From: a virus
Taxonomy: Duplodnaviria > Caudoviricetes
Strand: one strand, 5' to 3'
IMG/VR virus record: IMGVR_UViG_3300045093_000058
Coordinates: 1-25,780 of that record
DNA length: 25,780 nt
Shown one piece after another: positions 1-9,015 of this stretch (positions are counted from its first letter, which is position 1; each line of letters opens with the position of its first letter). The translations under genes and the position numbers were made by a program. Under the pieces are notes generated by a model that had not been told where the DNA came from, did no database searches, and was given only the letters and a program-made list of their open reading frames with translations.

Positions 1-258
1 TGGCTCGACTGCAACGTCTATGGCTGGGCGCTCACCCATTTCGCGGGTCTTTGGAACTGGGACGACAGCCAGTGGGAAAAGCGGGCGCGCGAGTTGGCCG
101 AGATGATGGCATCGGCAGAACCCGACCTGTTCGGGCCGTCGATCACCGCCGTCCCGTCGGCGGCGCCGGTTGAGGCCAGCGAGTTGCCGGCGGCCAAGGC
201 CATTGGCGCGAAAAAGAAAGATGATGGGCTCGACGCCCTCGCGAAACTGAATCGATAG
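1..258 (+). CDS. Terminase large subunit (lambda gpA-like), 3' end only
   Basis: Frame 1 reads WLDCNVYGWALTH...DALAKLNR* (TAG 256-258). The LDCxVY motif matches the gpA C-terminal nuclease region, and the gene lies directly upstream of gpW and portal. Confidence 0.85.
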   Translation, partial: WLDCNVYGWALTHFAGLWNWDDSQWEKRARELAEMMASAEPDLFGPSITAVPSAAPVEASELPAAKAIGAKKKDDGLDALAKLNR

Positions 259-267
259 GAGACGCCA

Positions 268-510
268 ATGGCGCGGTCCAGGGCCGATATCGAAGGCGAG
301 CTTGCCGAACTCTATGCGGCAAAGCGGAGATACCTGACCGGCGGCATGGTGACCGAGGTCAACCACGCCAGCGGAGGCGTTAAGAAACAGGCCGCGACGC
401 TGGAAGAGATCAATCAGGCGATCATGATGCTGGAGCTTGAATTGTCTCAGATCACTGGTGACCGGTCCAAACTCGGGCCGGTGCGGTTCGGCTTTGGAGA
501 TCGTCCATGA
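268..510 (+). CDS. Head-tail joining protein, gpW-like
   Basis: 80 aa, AGGAG RBS, located between terminase and portal, ATGA overlap with portal; gpW-like helix-hairpin-helix pattern. Confidence 0.75.
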   Translation: MARSRADIEGELAELYAAKRRYLTGGMVTEVNHASGGVKKQAATLEEINQAIMMLELELSQITGDRSKLGPVRFGFGDRP

Positions 511-2120
511 ACAAGCCTCGGGTGCGCGTCCAGGCCGGTGATGCAACGGGCGCCACGCTGCGCCGCGTAGCTGCCGCGCCGCGCTCCGCCTATACCGCCG
601 CCGATCAGGGACACTCGGCGCTTGGCGGATGGGTTCCTCCCATGCAATCGGCCGATGCCGAGTGGCTGCGTGAGCGCGACGTGTCGGTTGCGCGTATCCG
701 CGACCTCGAGCGCAATGACGGAACGGTTTCGGCTGGGATCGACCGGCAGGTCGACATGCTTGTCGGTTCCGCGCTGCGCCTGAATTCTAAGCCGGATCAT
801 GAGGCGCTGGGGATTTCGTCGGACGCGGCGCATGGTCTGGGAAAGGCCATCCAGTCGGTTTGGCGGGGCTGGGCCGACGATCCGATCTTTCGTTGCGATG
901 CGGAGCGCCAGTTGAACTTCAATGGCCTGGCGGGCATGGCGGCGCGAGAATTCGTTGGGGTCGGCGAGGGGGTTTCAGTCTTGCGTTTCCGCGAGATGGC
1001 AGGATGGCAATATCGGACGGCCGTTCATATGGTCGATCCCGATAGGCTTTCCAATCCCGAAGGTCACCCAGACACCGAATTCCTGCGCAAGGGTGTGGCA
1101 AAGGACGAGGATGGCGCTCCAATCGGATATCACATTCGACGAGCGCACCCGGCGGACGTATTCGGTCTGGCGACTGATCCTTTGACCTGGGACTATTTCG
1201 AACGCTGGCACGAAACCGAAAACGGCTGGCAGCGGCCAGGAGTAGTGCATTTCTACGACAAGAAACGTCCGGGCCAGTCTCGCGGCGTTTCGCGCCTGGT
1301 GGCCAATCTCGTTAAAACCCGGATGCTGCACAGGTATTCGGAGAACGAAGTCCGGGCGGCGGCGATCAACGGGTCGATCATCGGCGCCATCTACACCCAG
1401 CTCGGGGCCGAGTATGCGGCCGAGCGGCTTGGAACCGACGGGGAAACCAATACCGACTGGTCCCAGTTCAACACCCAGCGCGGCGCATTCTACGCGGATC
1501 GATCGATCATGAATGATGCGCGATTGCTCACATTGTTCCCGACCGACCGCCTGGACCTCAATACCCAGCCGCGCCAAACCGCAGGCTATCCCGCGTTCGC
1601 GCGTTCCTTCCTGCAATCGTTCGCAGCCTCGCTCGGTATCAGTTACGAGCAGCTTTCCATGGATTGGAGCCAGACGAACTATTCGTCGGCTCGTGCAGCC
1701 CTCAACGAGGTCTGGCGGGGCATCCAGCGCCTTCGTTCGGTATTGATCAGCCAGTTTGCATTGCCGGTCTTTGCCGCCGTCCTCGAGGATGCGCTGGACA
1801 ACGATTTGATCGAAATCCCGCGCGGGTGTGCCGACTTCTACGATCGCCCGGCCGCATGGCTGCGGGCCGAGTGGATCGGGCCGGGACGCGGCTATATCGA
1901 TCCGGTCAAGGAAGCCCAGGCCAGCTCGGAGCGGATCAAGGGCAGGACTTCGACGCTTGAGCGCGAAGCGGCCGAACAGGGGCTCGACTGGGAAATGGTG
2001 CTCGAGCAGCAAGCGCGCGAGGCGGCCGAGCTGGAGAAATACGATCTTGCCGGACCCGAGAACGATCTTTCAATCGTGCCGCGTTCGGACCTCGAAGATC
2101 AGCGCCCGGCGCAGAACTAG
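507..2120 (+). CDS. Portal protein, lambda family
   Basis: 537 aa with RDLERND, RPGQSRGVS, SYEQLSMDWSQTNYSSARAAL and WIGPGRGYIDPVKE motifs typical of lambda-family portals. Confidence 0.95.
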   Translation: MNKPRVRVQAGDATGATLRRVAAAPRSAYTAADQGHSALGGWVPPMQSADAEWLRERDVSVARIRDLERNDGTVSAGIDRQVDMLVGSALRLNSKPDHEALGISSDAAHGLGKAIQSVWRGWADDPIFRCDAERQLNFNGLAGMAAREFVGVGEGVSVLRFREMAGWQYRTAVHMVDPDRLSNPEGHPDTEFLRKGVAKDEDGAPIGYHIRRAHPADVFGLATDPLTWDYFERWHETENGWQRPGVVHFYDKKRPGQSRGVSRLVANLVKTRMLHRYSENEVRAAAINGSIIGAIYTQLGAEYAAERLGTDGETNTDWSQFNTQRGAFYADRSIMNDARLLTLFPTDRLDLNTQPRQTAGYPAFARSFLQSFAASLGISYEQLSMDWSQTNYSSARAALNEVWRGIQRLRSVLISQFALPVFAAVLEDALDNDLIEIPRGCADFYDRPAAWLRAEWIGPGRGYIDPVKEAQASSERIKGRTSTLEREAAEQGLDWEMVLEQQAREAAELEKYDLAGPENDLSIVPRSDLEDQRPAQN

Positions 2121-2132
2121 GGATTTACCGAC

Positions 2133-3665
2133 ATGACCGATCTCGACCTGGCCTTGCGGCGTCCGGGGCAAATCCTCCTGCTCGAACGCACCCACGCCCT
2201 AGGGCTCCTCGACCGCATGCTCACCACTCAGCGCCCGGGCCGTGGGCTGTTCGGGAATGCGCTTTCCGCGCTGGGCCTCAAGCCGACGGCAGGCCACGAT
2301 ATCCCCGAACGGCCCAAGGTTCTGGGCTTGCCTTCGCTCCCATGGGCAGAGAATGCCGAGCAGGGCGAGGGCTATCTGATCGTCGACGGCATCGCGGTGA
2401 TGGACGTCGCCGGTGTGATGACGCCCCACGGTTATTACGACTGGTGGGAGGATCGCTGGGTTGGCGGCTATGCCCAGATCGGCGCCAGCCATGATGCAGC
2501 CGAGGAAGATGACCGGGTGCGGGCAATCTTCGCGCGCGTCAATTCCCCGGGAGGGCTGGTCGATGGATGCTTCGATCTTTGCGATGACATGGCAGCGCGT
2601 TCCAAGCCGTTTCACGTCCATGCTCGCATGGCTTGTTCGGCCGCCTATGCATTGGCCTCGACCGCCGACCGGATCGACGCGCCGCGCGAGGGTGACGTCG
2701 GGTCGATCGGCGTTTTGATCACCCACTACGATATTTCCGACATGCTCGCCGAATGGGGCGTCAAGGTCGAGGCGATCCAGTCCGGCCCTCGTAAGACCGA
2801 TGCCGCTGAGTGGAAGCCACTTTCCGACGACGCCCGTGCCCATCTCAAGGCCGTCGTCGATCAGATCGCCAAGCGCTTCGTGGCGACCGTCGAGGCCGGT
2901 CGGCCCATGACGGCGGAACAGATCCGGGCCACCGAAGCGCGCTGGTATCTCGCTGAACACGACGATCCCGAGATGAGCGGCATGGCCCTCGGCCTTGTCG
3001 ATGGCATCGCAACCGAACGCGCGGCCTTCGCCGCGCTGCACCAATCCCTCGAGACATCGGGGGGACCTGCGGCCAGGGCCGCATCCACGACAGAGAAGGA
3101 AGCTGAAATGTCTCTAGAAGAGCAGATCGCGGCCCTGCGTGCGAAAGCCGCACGGGGGGACGCTGCCGCCAAGCGCAAGCTCAAATCGCTCGGCGTCAGC
3201 CTCAAGGCGACGACGAACGACGACGATCCCGATGCGGAAACCGAAGAGGATGATCCGGAATCGGAAACCGAGGAAGACGATCCCGAGGCCGAGACGGACA
3301 AGGAAGAGGAAGGCGAGGGGACCGATGACGATCCCGAGGCCGAGACCGAGGATGAGGAGGCAGAGGACGATGATGAAGAGCCTGCCGCCAAGGCCACCGG
3401 ATCGAAAGCCGGTTTCGCACTCATGGGCTGCAAGGAAGCCAAGGGGCGCGAAAAGCTCGCTGCAAACCTCGCCCGCAAGGTCGGCGCCAAGAAGCTGAAC
3501 TACGGCGAAGCGAAGCAGATGTTGGCGGCCGCGCCGAAGGGATCGCGCCTCGGACAGGCCATGGCAGGCCGCGACCGCAATCCCGGAGCATCGCACGGTT
3601 CCGGAAAGGCTTCGGCCAAGGGTCTGGCCTCCGCTGTCGATCGCTACAACGCCAAGCGCAAATAG
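2133..3665 (+). CDS. S49-family head maturation protease fused to scaffold domain
   Basis: VNSPGG, ACSAAYALAS and VGSIGV S49 motifs; acidic low-complexity C-terminal part; lambda gpC position. Confidence 0.93.
   Translation: MTDLDLALRRPGQILLLERTHALGLLDRMLTTQRPGRGLFGNALSALGLKPTAGHDIPERPKVLGLPSLPWAENAEQGEGYLIVDGIAVMDVAGVMTPHGYYDWWEDRWVGGYAQIGASHDAAEEDDRVRAIFARVNSPGGLVDGCFDLCDDMAARSKPFHVHARMACSAAYALASTADRIDAPREGDVGSIGVLITHYDISDMLAEWGVKVEAIQSGPRKTDAAEWKPLSDDARAHLKAVVDQIAKRFVATVEAGRPMTAEQIRATEARWYLAEHDDPEMSGMALGLVDGIATERAAFAALHQSLETSGGPAARAASTTEKEAEMSLEEQIAALRAKAARGDAAAKRKLKSLGVSLKATTNDDDPDAETEEDDPESETEEDDPEAETDKEEEGEGTDDDPEAETEDEEAEDDDEEPAAKATGSKAGFALMGCKEAKGREKLAANLARKVGAKKLNYGEAKQMLAAAPKGSRLGQAMAGRDRNPGASHGSGKASAKGLASAVDRYNAKRK
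3108..3665 (+). CDS. Putative nested scaffolding protein (Nu3-like), in frame within the protease gene
   Basis: AAGGAAG followed by an in-frame ATG at 3108 (MSLEEQIAALRAK...), just after the protease domain; same layout as lambda C/Nu3. Confidence 0.6.
   Translation: MSLEEQIAALRAKAARGDAAAKRKLKSLGVSLKATTNDDDPDAETEEDDPESETEEDDPEAETDKEEEGEGTDDDPEAETEDEEAEDDDEEPAAKATGSKAGFALMGCKEAKGREKLAANLARKVGAKKLNYGEAKQMLAAAPKGSRLGQAMAGRDRNPGASHGSGKASAKGLASAVDRYNAKRK
3222..3378 (+). repeat. Degenerate 27-nt coding repeat DDP(D/E)(A/S)ET(E/D)x in the acidic scaffold linker
   Basis: Four copies in the translation: DDPDAETEE, DDPESETEE, DDPEAETDK, DDPEAETED. Confidence 0.8.
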
Positions 3666-3691
3666 CGCGATTGCCCTTTCGGGTCTATCCG

Positions 3692-3724
3692 CCCGCCCCA
3701 CGCTGATCGCGTCGGGCGGGTTTT
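3692..3724 (+). terminator. Intrinsic terminator-like hairpin after the protease gene
   Basis: CCCGCCC...GGGCGGG stem followed by TTTT. Confidence 0.55.
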
Positions 3725-3758
3725 CATCTCCGCAAACGCAAGTCGAGGACTTTGAGCC

Positions 3759-4439
3759 ATGCTTGGCAAATCCTTTTCGGTCGCGGCGCCCAAGCTCCAG
3801 ACCGCTTTCCTGAAATTCGAGGTCGATCCTCAATATACCCGTGCCTCTCTCGTGCTTCTGGCGGGCACCGTTGCCGCCCGTTCCATCGAGATCGGCACGC
3901 CGCTGGGTCTTGCCGCCGATGGTGGGCCGACCCTCGTCACTGGTGCCGACAATGTCGGAGACGGCGAACTGACCCTGGCGGGCACCCCGCTCGGCGCCGG
4001 CGTCGTTCCCGGAATCTATCGCGCCGTTCTTGTCGAGGCGGTCGAGGGTGGTGGTGAGTTCGAAGTGTTCGATCCGGCCGGTTATTCGATCGGCACGGTC
4101 GAAACGGGCACGGCGTTTACCGATGCCGTCAATTTCACCATCGCTGCGGGCGACACCGATTTCGAACTTGGCGATCTCTTCGAAATCCATGTGCCGATGG
4201 GCACCAAGGCCAAAGAGTGGGACCCGGAGGCCACCGATGGGAGTCAGGTCTTCCATGGTTTCGCCATTGCCCGGGCCTCGGCGCCCGTAGGCCGCGACAG
4301 CCAGGTTCTGGCTCTCGAAGATGGACCGGCCATCGTCCTCGCTGACGAGATCGTCTGGCCCGAAGGGGTTACCGCTGCCCAGCGTCTCGACCTGATCGCT
4401 GCCGCCAAGGCCAAGGGCATCAAGGCCCGTCGCGGCTGA
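3759..4439 (+). CDS. Head decoration protein (gpD-like) with an inserted beta-rich domain
   Basis: Lies between protease and capsid; WDPEATDGSQ and IVWPEGVT motifs; 226 aa, long for this family. Confidence 0.8.
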   Translation: MLGKSFSVAAPKLQTAFLKFEVDPQYTRASLVLLAGTVAARSIEIGTPLGLAADGGPTLVTGADNVGDGELTLAGTPLGAGVVPGIYRAVLVEAVEGGGEFEVFDPAGYSIGTVETGTAFTDAVNFTIAAGDTDFELGDLFEIHVPMGTKAKEWDPEATDGSQVFHGFAIARASAPVGRDSQVLALEDGPAIVLADEIVWPEGVTAAQRLDLIAAAKAKGIKARRG

Positions 4440-4535
4440 TCGCTTCCAAACGCTTCGGCTCTTGCCGCAGCGGTCGCCGGGGCGGTCCGTCGCGATCCCC
4501 CATCACATTGCTTTTGATGAAAAGGACCGGAGATC

Positions 4536-5591
4536 ATGGATCCCGAAGATTTCATTTTTCCCTATACCGCGACGGACCTCACCGAGCAGGTCAATCGCAT
4601 TCCCAATTCCTACGGCCTGCTGCGGGCCATGGGCATTTTCGACACCGAAGGGGTGATTTCAACCCTTGTCGAAATCCGCCTTGAGGATGGCATCCTGCGC
4701 GTTTTGCCCGCCAAGGAACGTGGCGCGCCCGGCACCCCGGCAGGCCGTGAAAAAGGCAAAACGATCTTCCTTGAAGTTCCCCATTTCCCGCACACCGACC
4801 TGATCACACCGCAGGATATCCAGAACCTGATGATCATCGTCGGCCGGGCCAAGCGTCCCGGAACCCTCGAGGACGAGATCGTCAAGCGGTTGGGCACTCT
4901 GCGTCGCAATCACGATATCACGCTCGAGTATCTTCGCATGTGCGCCCTCAAGGGCGAGCTGCGCGATGGTGACGGCGTGCTGCTCTACGACCTCTTCGAG
5001 GTTTTCGACCGCCAGAAGAAGACGGTGTATTTCGACCTGGGCAATCCCAATGCCGATATCATCGGAAAATGCGACGAAGTGTTCGCCCATGTCGCCGATA
5101 ACCTCAAGGGCGAGACGATGCAGGGCGTCGAGGTTCTCGTTTCCCGCGAGTTCATGAACCAGTTCATCCAGCATCCCAAGGTTGAGAAGTACTGGCTGGG
5201 CCTGCAGGAAGGCATTCAGGCAATCGCAAAGGCAGAGCGTGAGCGGCTTGGCGGCCAGTGGGGCCGGGTGTTCGACTTCCACTCCCTGTTCTTCCGCGAG
5301 TATTACGGCACCGCCTCGGTGCGCAATGCCAATGGCGAGGAAATCAACGAGCGCTTCATCGCCCCCGGCCGTGGCCATGCCTATCCCACGGGAACCATGG
5401 ACACCTTCAAGACCTGGTTCGCTCCTGCCAACGACATCCGGTTCGTCAATACGGTCGGCGAGGAAATCTACATCTCGCCCGAAGTGCTCAAGCACGGCGA
5501 GGGGATCGAACTGAAATCGGAATCCAACCCGCTCGCCGTTCCCAAGCGCCCCGAAGTTCTGGTCGAAATCTCGGCTGCTGCCGGAGCGTAA
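4536..5591 (+). CDS. Major capsid protein (lambda gpE family)
   Basis: 351 aa; TLEYLRMCALKG and ESNPLAVPKRPEVLV motifs; AAAGGA RBS; synteny. Confidence 0.93.
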   Translation: MDPEDFIFPYTATDLTEQVNRIPNSYGLLRAMGIFDTEGVISTLVEIRLEDGILRVLPAKERGAPGTPAGREKGKTIFLEVPHFPHTDLITPQDIQNLMIIVGRAKRPGTLEDEIVKRLGTLRRNHDITLEYLRMCALKGELRDGDGVLLYDLFEVFDRQKKTVYFDLGNPNADIIGKCDEVFAHVADNLKGETMQGVEVLVSREFMNQFIQHPKVEKYWLGLQEGIQAIAKAERERLGGQWGRVFDFHSLFFREYYGTASVRNANGEEINERFIAPGRGHAYPTGTMDTFKTWFAPANDIRFVNTVGEEIYISPEVLKHGEGIELKSESNPLAVPKRPEVLVEISAAAGA

Positions 5592-5616
5592 TCATCTGGC
5601 CAAGGGCTAAATCACC

Positions 5617-5647
5617 GGGGCGCCGAATGGCGCCCCTTCAGTTTTTC
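5617..5647 (+). terminator. Terminator-like hairpin after the capsid gene
   Basis: GGGGCGCC-GAAT-GGCGCCCC followed by TTCAGTTTTT. Confidence 0.65.
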
Positions 5648-5670
5648 GCCAATCCGAACGGGATAGAAAA

Positions 5671-6126
5671 ATGGAAGACCTCAAGAAAGTCGGGGGAATC
5701 GGCCCCGCCCATGAAGCATCGCTGCACAATCTCAACATCAAAACGATCGCCGAGCTGGCGGCCATTACCGAGCCGGGAAAATTCGTCGATGCCGCCGTTT
5801 TCAAGGCCGACGATCTGGCCGGTTGGATCGAGCAGGCGAAACAGCTTGTCGAAGCGGACAAGTCCAATGCCGGCGCCCAGACGGAGGCTCCGCCGCAGGC
5901 AGCGCCCCAGTCAGGGGACAAGCCGAGAAGGTCGCGAAAATCCAAGAAGGACGAGGTCGCAGGCCCCCGGAAATCGGTTGTGCTGCTAGTCGACGACAAG
6001 ACGCATGGCAAGCGCGGCGAGATTGCGACCATGGCGACCGACACTGCCGACGAGCTGCGCCGTGATGGGAAAGCCCGCCGCGCCACGATCGATGACTTCC
6101 GGCGCGCCGGAAAGATCAAGGCCTAG
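5671..6126 (+). CDS. Helix-hairpin-helix domain protein in the gpFI position
   Basis: DLKKVGGIGP HhH motif, low-complexity linker, small C-terminal domain. Confidence 0.7.
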   Translation: MEDLKKVGGIGPAHEASLHNLNIKTIAELAAITEPGKFVDAAVFKADDLAGWIEQAKQLVEADKSNAGAQTEAPPQAAPQSGDKPRRSRKSKKDEVAGPRKSVVLLVDDKTHGKRGEIATMATDTADELRRDGKARRATIDDFRRAGKIKA

Positions 6127-6129
6127 GCC

Positions 6130-6450
6130 ATGCGCAAGGATCTCGTCCTCGACAGTTTTGAAACGATCCGTGAAGAGCTGTTCGAGGACGTGATCTATAC
6201 GCCGGTTGGCGGGAGCGCGGTTGGCGTTCGCCGGGCGATCGCCGGCGTCGAACCCAGATCGGAACGGTTCGAAGTCTTCGGCGAGAAAGTGCGGACCGGA
6301 TCGCATGTGGCACGGGCAGCGATTTCCGCCTTTCCCAATCTCAAGCCCGGCGATCTGATCGACGACGGCGCGCGCTGGCGCGTCATCGATTTCGAGCCGA
6401 TAGGCGATGGCCGCTGCGAAGTGATGCTCTCGCTTTCGAAAGTCGCATGA
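6130..6450 (+). CDS. Head-tail joining (closure) protein
   Basis: 106 aa, beta-rich, PNLKPGDLI motif; gpFII position. Confidence 0.7.
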   Translation: MRKDLVLDSFETIREELFEDVIYTPVGGSAVGVRRAIAGVEPRSERFEVFGEKVRTGSHVARAAISAFPNLKPGDLIDDGARWRVIDFEPIGDGRCEVMLSLSKVA

Positions 6451-6451
6451 C

Positions 6452-7099
6452 ATGCGCCTTATCGCGGCAAATTTTGGCAATCTCGAAGAGGTCGTTGCCG
6501 CAGAACAGGCGGAGGCGGCCGGCGCCATAACGTTCGGGACCTCGGCGGCCACCAAGGCCCTGCAACTGCGCTTGCGGCAATTGGTGTTGCAGCATCTGGG
6601 CTCACCTCGCGTCGCCAATGCATGGCGCAGCGCGGTCTATCCGACGCCGCCGGCAAAATCGATGGGTCCGACCGGCGTCGTCTGGTCGAACGCCCCGCAT
6701 ATTATCGATGCCTTTTCGCAGGCTCGCCTGGTGCGCAGCGCCAATGGCTTCTTTCTCGCCATTCCCAGCCCCGACGCGCCGCGCGAATACATGGGCAAGC
6801 GGGTGACGCCGTCGAACTGGAATGAGGATCGATACGGGCCCCTGCGGTTCGTCTATCGGCGCACCGGGCCATCGCTGCTCGTTGTCGATGGAGTACGGCG
6901 GAGCGCCAGCGGCAAGGTATCGCGGCGGCTTTCGGGCGGCGGCATGACCAAAACGGGCAAGTATCGCAAGGGGTGGAGCACGGTGGTGATGTTCTTTCTC
7001 GTGCCGTTCGTCCGGCTCAAACAGTTTTGGGACCTCGACCGCGAGTACGATCGCGCGGGCAACGACATGGTCCACCTGATCATCGAGGCCTGGCAATGA
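6452..7099 (+). CDS. Neck/tail completion protein (DUF6441-like)
   Basis: Basic 215-aa protein with RVANAWRS, FLAIP, LRFVYRR and MFFLVP motifs; gpZ position. Confidence 0.7.
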   Translation: MRLIAANFGNLEEVVAAEQAEAAGAITFGTSAATKALQLRLRQLVLQHLGSPRVANAWRSAVYPTPPAKSMGPTGVVWSNAPHIIDAFSQARLVRSANGFFLAIPSPDAPREYMGKRVTPSNWNEDRYGPLRFVYRRTGPSLLVVDGVRRSASGKVSRRLSGGGMTKTGKYRKGWSTVVMFFLVPFVRLKQFWDLDREYDRAGNDMVHLIIEAWQ

Positions 7100-7554
7100 C
7101 CACGCGGCGCGAAACCATCCTGTCCATGCTTCAATTGGGGCTGGAGGCCTCGGGCCGCAAAATCGAGCGCAATGCTCCGCTCAACGATCTGGGCGGCAGG
7201 TTCCTTTCGCTTCGGGACGGCGGCTGCGAGACGATCGAGGAGTTCATCAATCCACCGATCTATGAGTTCGTTCAAAGACCGGCGCTGGTCATTCTGGTGG
7301 CAAGTTCGGACCCCGAGCTTGCCGAAGGCCCAGAAGATGCCGAGGCGCGTGCCGCGCGTGATCGCGCTTTGGACCAAGAGATCGAGGCCGTCACTGGGGC
7401 CTTTGAGGCCATGGCGAACTGGCCGGGCTATGTCACCGCGTGGCGCATGCTTCCCGCCGATTTCGACACCCATGAAATCCTGGGCGCTGCGCGGATGAAG
7501 GGGTGCGAAATTCCCTTTGAAATCGAATTCTGGAGCAATCGGCCCAACGGCTGA
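7096..7554 (+). CDS. Putative tail terminator protein
   Basis: ATGA overlap at 7096 (MTTRRETIL...); position just before the tail tube gene. Confidence 0.65.
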   Translation: MTTRRETILSMLQLGLEASGRKIERNAPLNDLGGRFLSLRDGGCETIEEFINPPIYEFVQRPALVILVASSDPELAEGPEDAEARAARDRALDQEIEAVTGAFEAMANWPGYVTAWRMLPADFDTHEILGAARMKGCEIPFEIEFWSNRPNG

Positions 7555-7573
7555 TCGTCACATTTTCCATAAT

Positions 7574-7596
7574 CCGGCAAATTTGCCGGTTTTCTT
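7574..7596 (+). terminator. 16-bp palindrome plus T-tract before the tail tube gene
   Basis: CCGGCAAATTTGCCGG followed by TTTTCTT. Confidence 0.45.
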
Positions 7597-7612
7597 CCGA
7601 AAGGACCGGATC

Positions 7613-8593
7613 ATGACCAAACCCCGCGCGGTCGGCGCAGATGCCGTCCAGCTCATCGCCGTCGAGCCGAACTATGGCGTTGCGCCCGACGGTGCCGCAG
7701 GTGGCGTATATGCACGCCTGCCCATGCGTTCCTATGGCCTCTCGCCGGAAACCACGCTTGAAGAGGACCCGACTTGGAACCGGGGAACGCCCGATGCCGG
7801 CGATCCGGTCGAGGGGCCGATCACGGTCACCGACAACATGATCATGCCGGCCTGCTCGCGCGCGACCGGTGCAGTGCTGGCCCTGATCCTGGGGGAGCCG
7901 GACACCGAGGACAATGAAGACGGCACCTATACGCATGTCTATACGTCTGGCGAGGCGCTGCCGAGCTTTGCGATCCAGACCGGGCACCCCGAACTGACGG
8001 TGGCGAAATGGCGTACGGTATTGGGGGTCAAGGCCGGTGGCGTCAATTTCGACATGAGCCGCACCGGGCGCGCCCTGCTCGAAATTCCGCTTATCGGGCA
8101 GAAAGAGGTCAAGGACGTGACCGGCGCGCGCGATGCAAACCCGGTGATGTTCGAATATTTGCCGTTCGACAACATGACGGGCGCCATCACCGTGGAGGGC
8201 GATCCTCTCGCCAATGTGACGGCTGGCCGGTTCACGTATTCCAATGCGCTCGAAACCATCGAGACGATCCGGGAGGACGGCGTGATCGACGGTATCGATG
8301 AGGGGCAGCGGGCCGCCTCGGGCAGTCTGGACGCCCGATTTGGCGCCGATGCTACGCTCGAAGACCTTGCGGACAACAAGACGCCCTGCGTGCTCGAATT
8401 CAGCTTTACGTTGCGGCAATATCCCACCTGGTCCCTGAAATTCAGCCTGCCACGCGTCTTTCTCTCCAATCCCAAGCGGCCGATCACCGGACCCGGAGGG
8501 ATTTCGCAGAGCTGGCAGTGGCGTGCCGCCCATGATGCTACCTTGGGCCATCTCATGTCGGTGACGCTCACCAATGACGTGGAGAGCTACTGA
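7613..8593 (+). CDS. Tail tube (major tail) protein
   Basis: ATG 7613 with AAAGGA RBS; YTHVYTSG, LPSFAIQ and PITGPGGI motifs; precedes the chaperone and tape measure genes. Confidence 0.85.
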   Translation: MTKPRAVGADAVQLIAVEPNYGVAPDGAAGGVYARLPMRSYGLSPETTLEEDPTWNRGTPDAGDPVEGPITVTDNMIMPACSRATGAVLALILGEPDTEDNEDGTYTHVYTSGEALPSFAIQTGHPELTVAKWRTVLGVKAGGVNFDMSRTGRALLEIPLIGQKEVKDVTGARDANPVMFEYLPFDNMTGAITVEGDPLANVTAGRFTYSNALETIETIREDGVIDGIDEGQRAASGSLDARFGADATLEDLADNKTPCVLEFSFTLRQYPTWSLKFSLPRVFLSNPKRPITGPGGISQSWQWRAAHDATLGHLMSVTLTNDVESY

Positions 8594-9015
8594 TGCGGGT
8601 TGCGACAAAAGCGAGAGGAGAAGCTACGCCCGTCGTTCTTTACGATGGTGGCGTCGTCATGAGCTTGCCTGTCAACTCGGCTGTGGTTTATGCCGCCCGA
8701 GCCCGCGCCGAAGCGCTTGTGGTCGCCCTCGCCGAGAGTGGAGGGGCCGTCACGAAAGCTGGCGGTAAGATCAGTGGAGTGCCCGATCTCAGCGATCCCG
8801 TGGAGCGACAGGGCGTATGGGATGCGATGTTCGCGCTATCCCTGGCTGAAATGCAGATCGTGGATTGGCAGGGCATCAGAGACGAAAACGGGAACGCGCT
8901 TCCCTTTTCGGCCGCGAGTATCGTCCACGTGATGGCCGATGCGCATGCTGCCGATCTCTATATCGGCCAGGTCATGGCACCTCACCGGGTAAGAGAATCG
9001 GAAAAAAACGTCTAA
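8593..9015 (+). CDS. Tail assembly chaperone (gpG-like)
   Basis: Lies between tube and tape measure; IVDWQGIRDENG motif; ends in a slippery A-run. Confidence 0.75.
   Translation: MRVATKARGEATPVVLYDGGVVMSLPVNSAVVYAARARAEALVVALAESGGAVTKAGGKISGVPDLSDPVERQGVWDAMFALSLAEMQIVDWQGIRDENGNALPFSAASIVHVMADAHAADLYIGQVMAPHRVRESEKNV
9003..9009 (+). other. Programmed -1 frameshift slippery site A AAA AAC
   Basis: GAA AAA AAC GTC TAA at the end of gpG; the -1 frame is open to 9362. Confidence 0.8.

Noticed and set aside
975-8608. Long minus-strand ORFs (975-2012, 2199-3044, 3114-4256, 4659-5495, 7433-8608)
   Set aside because: Antisense shadows of well-supported structural genes, as expected in high-GC DNA.
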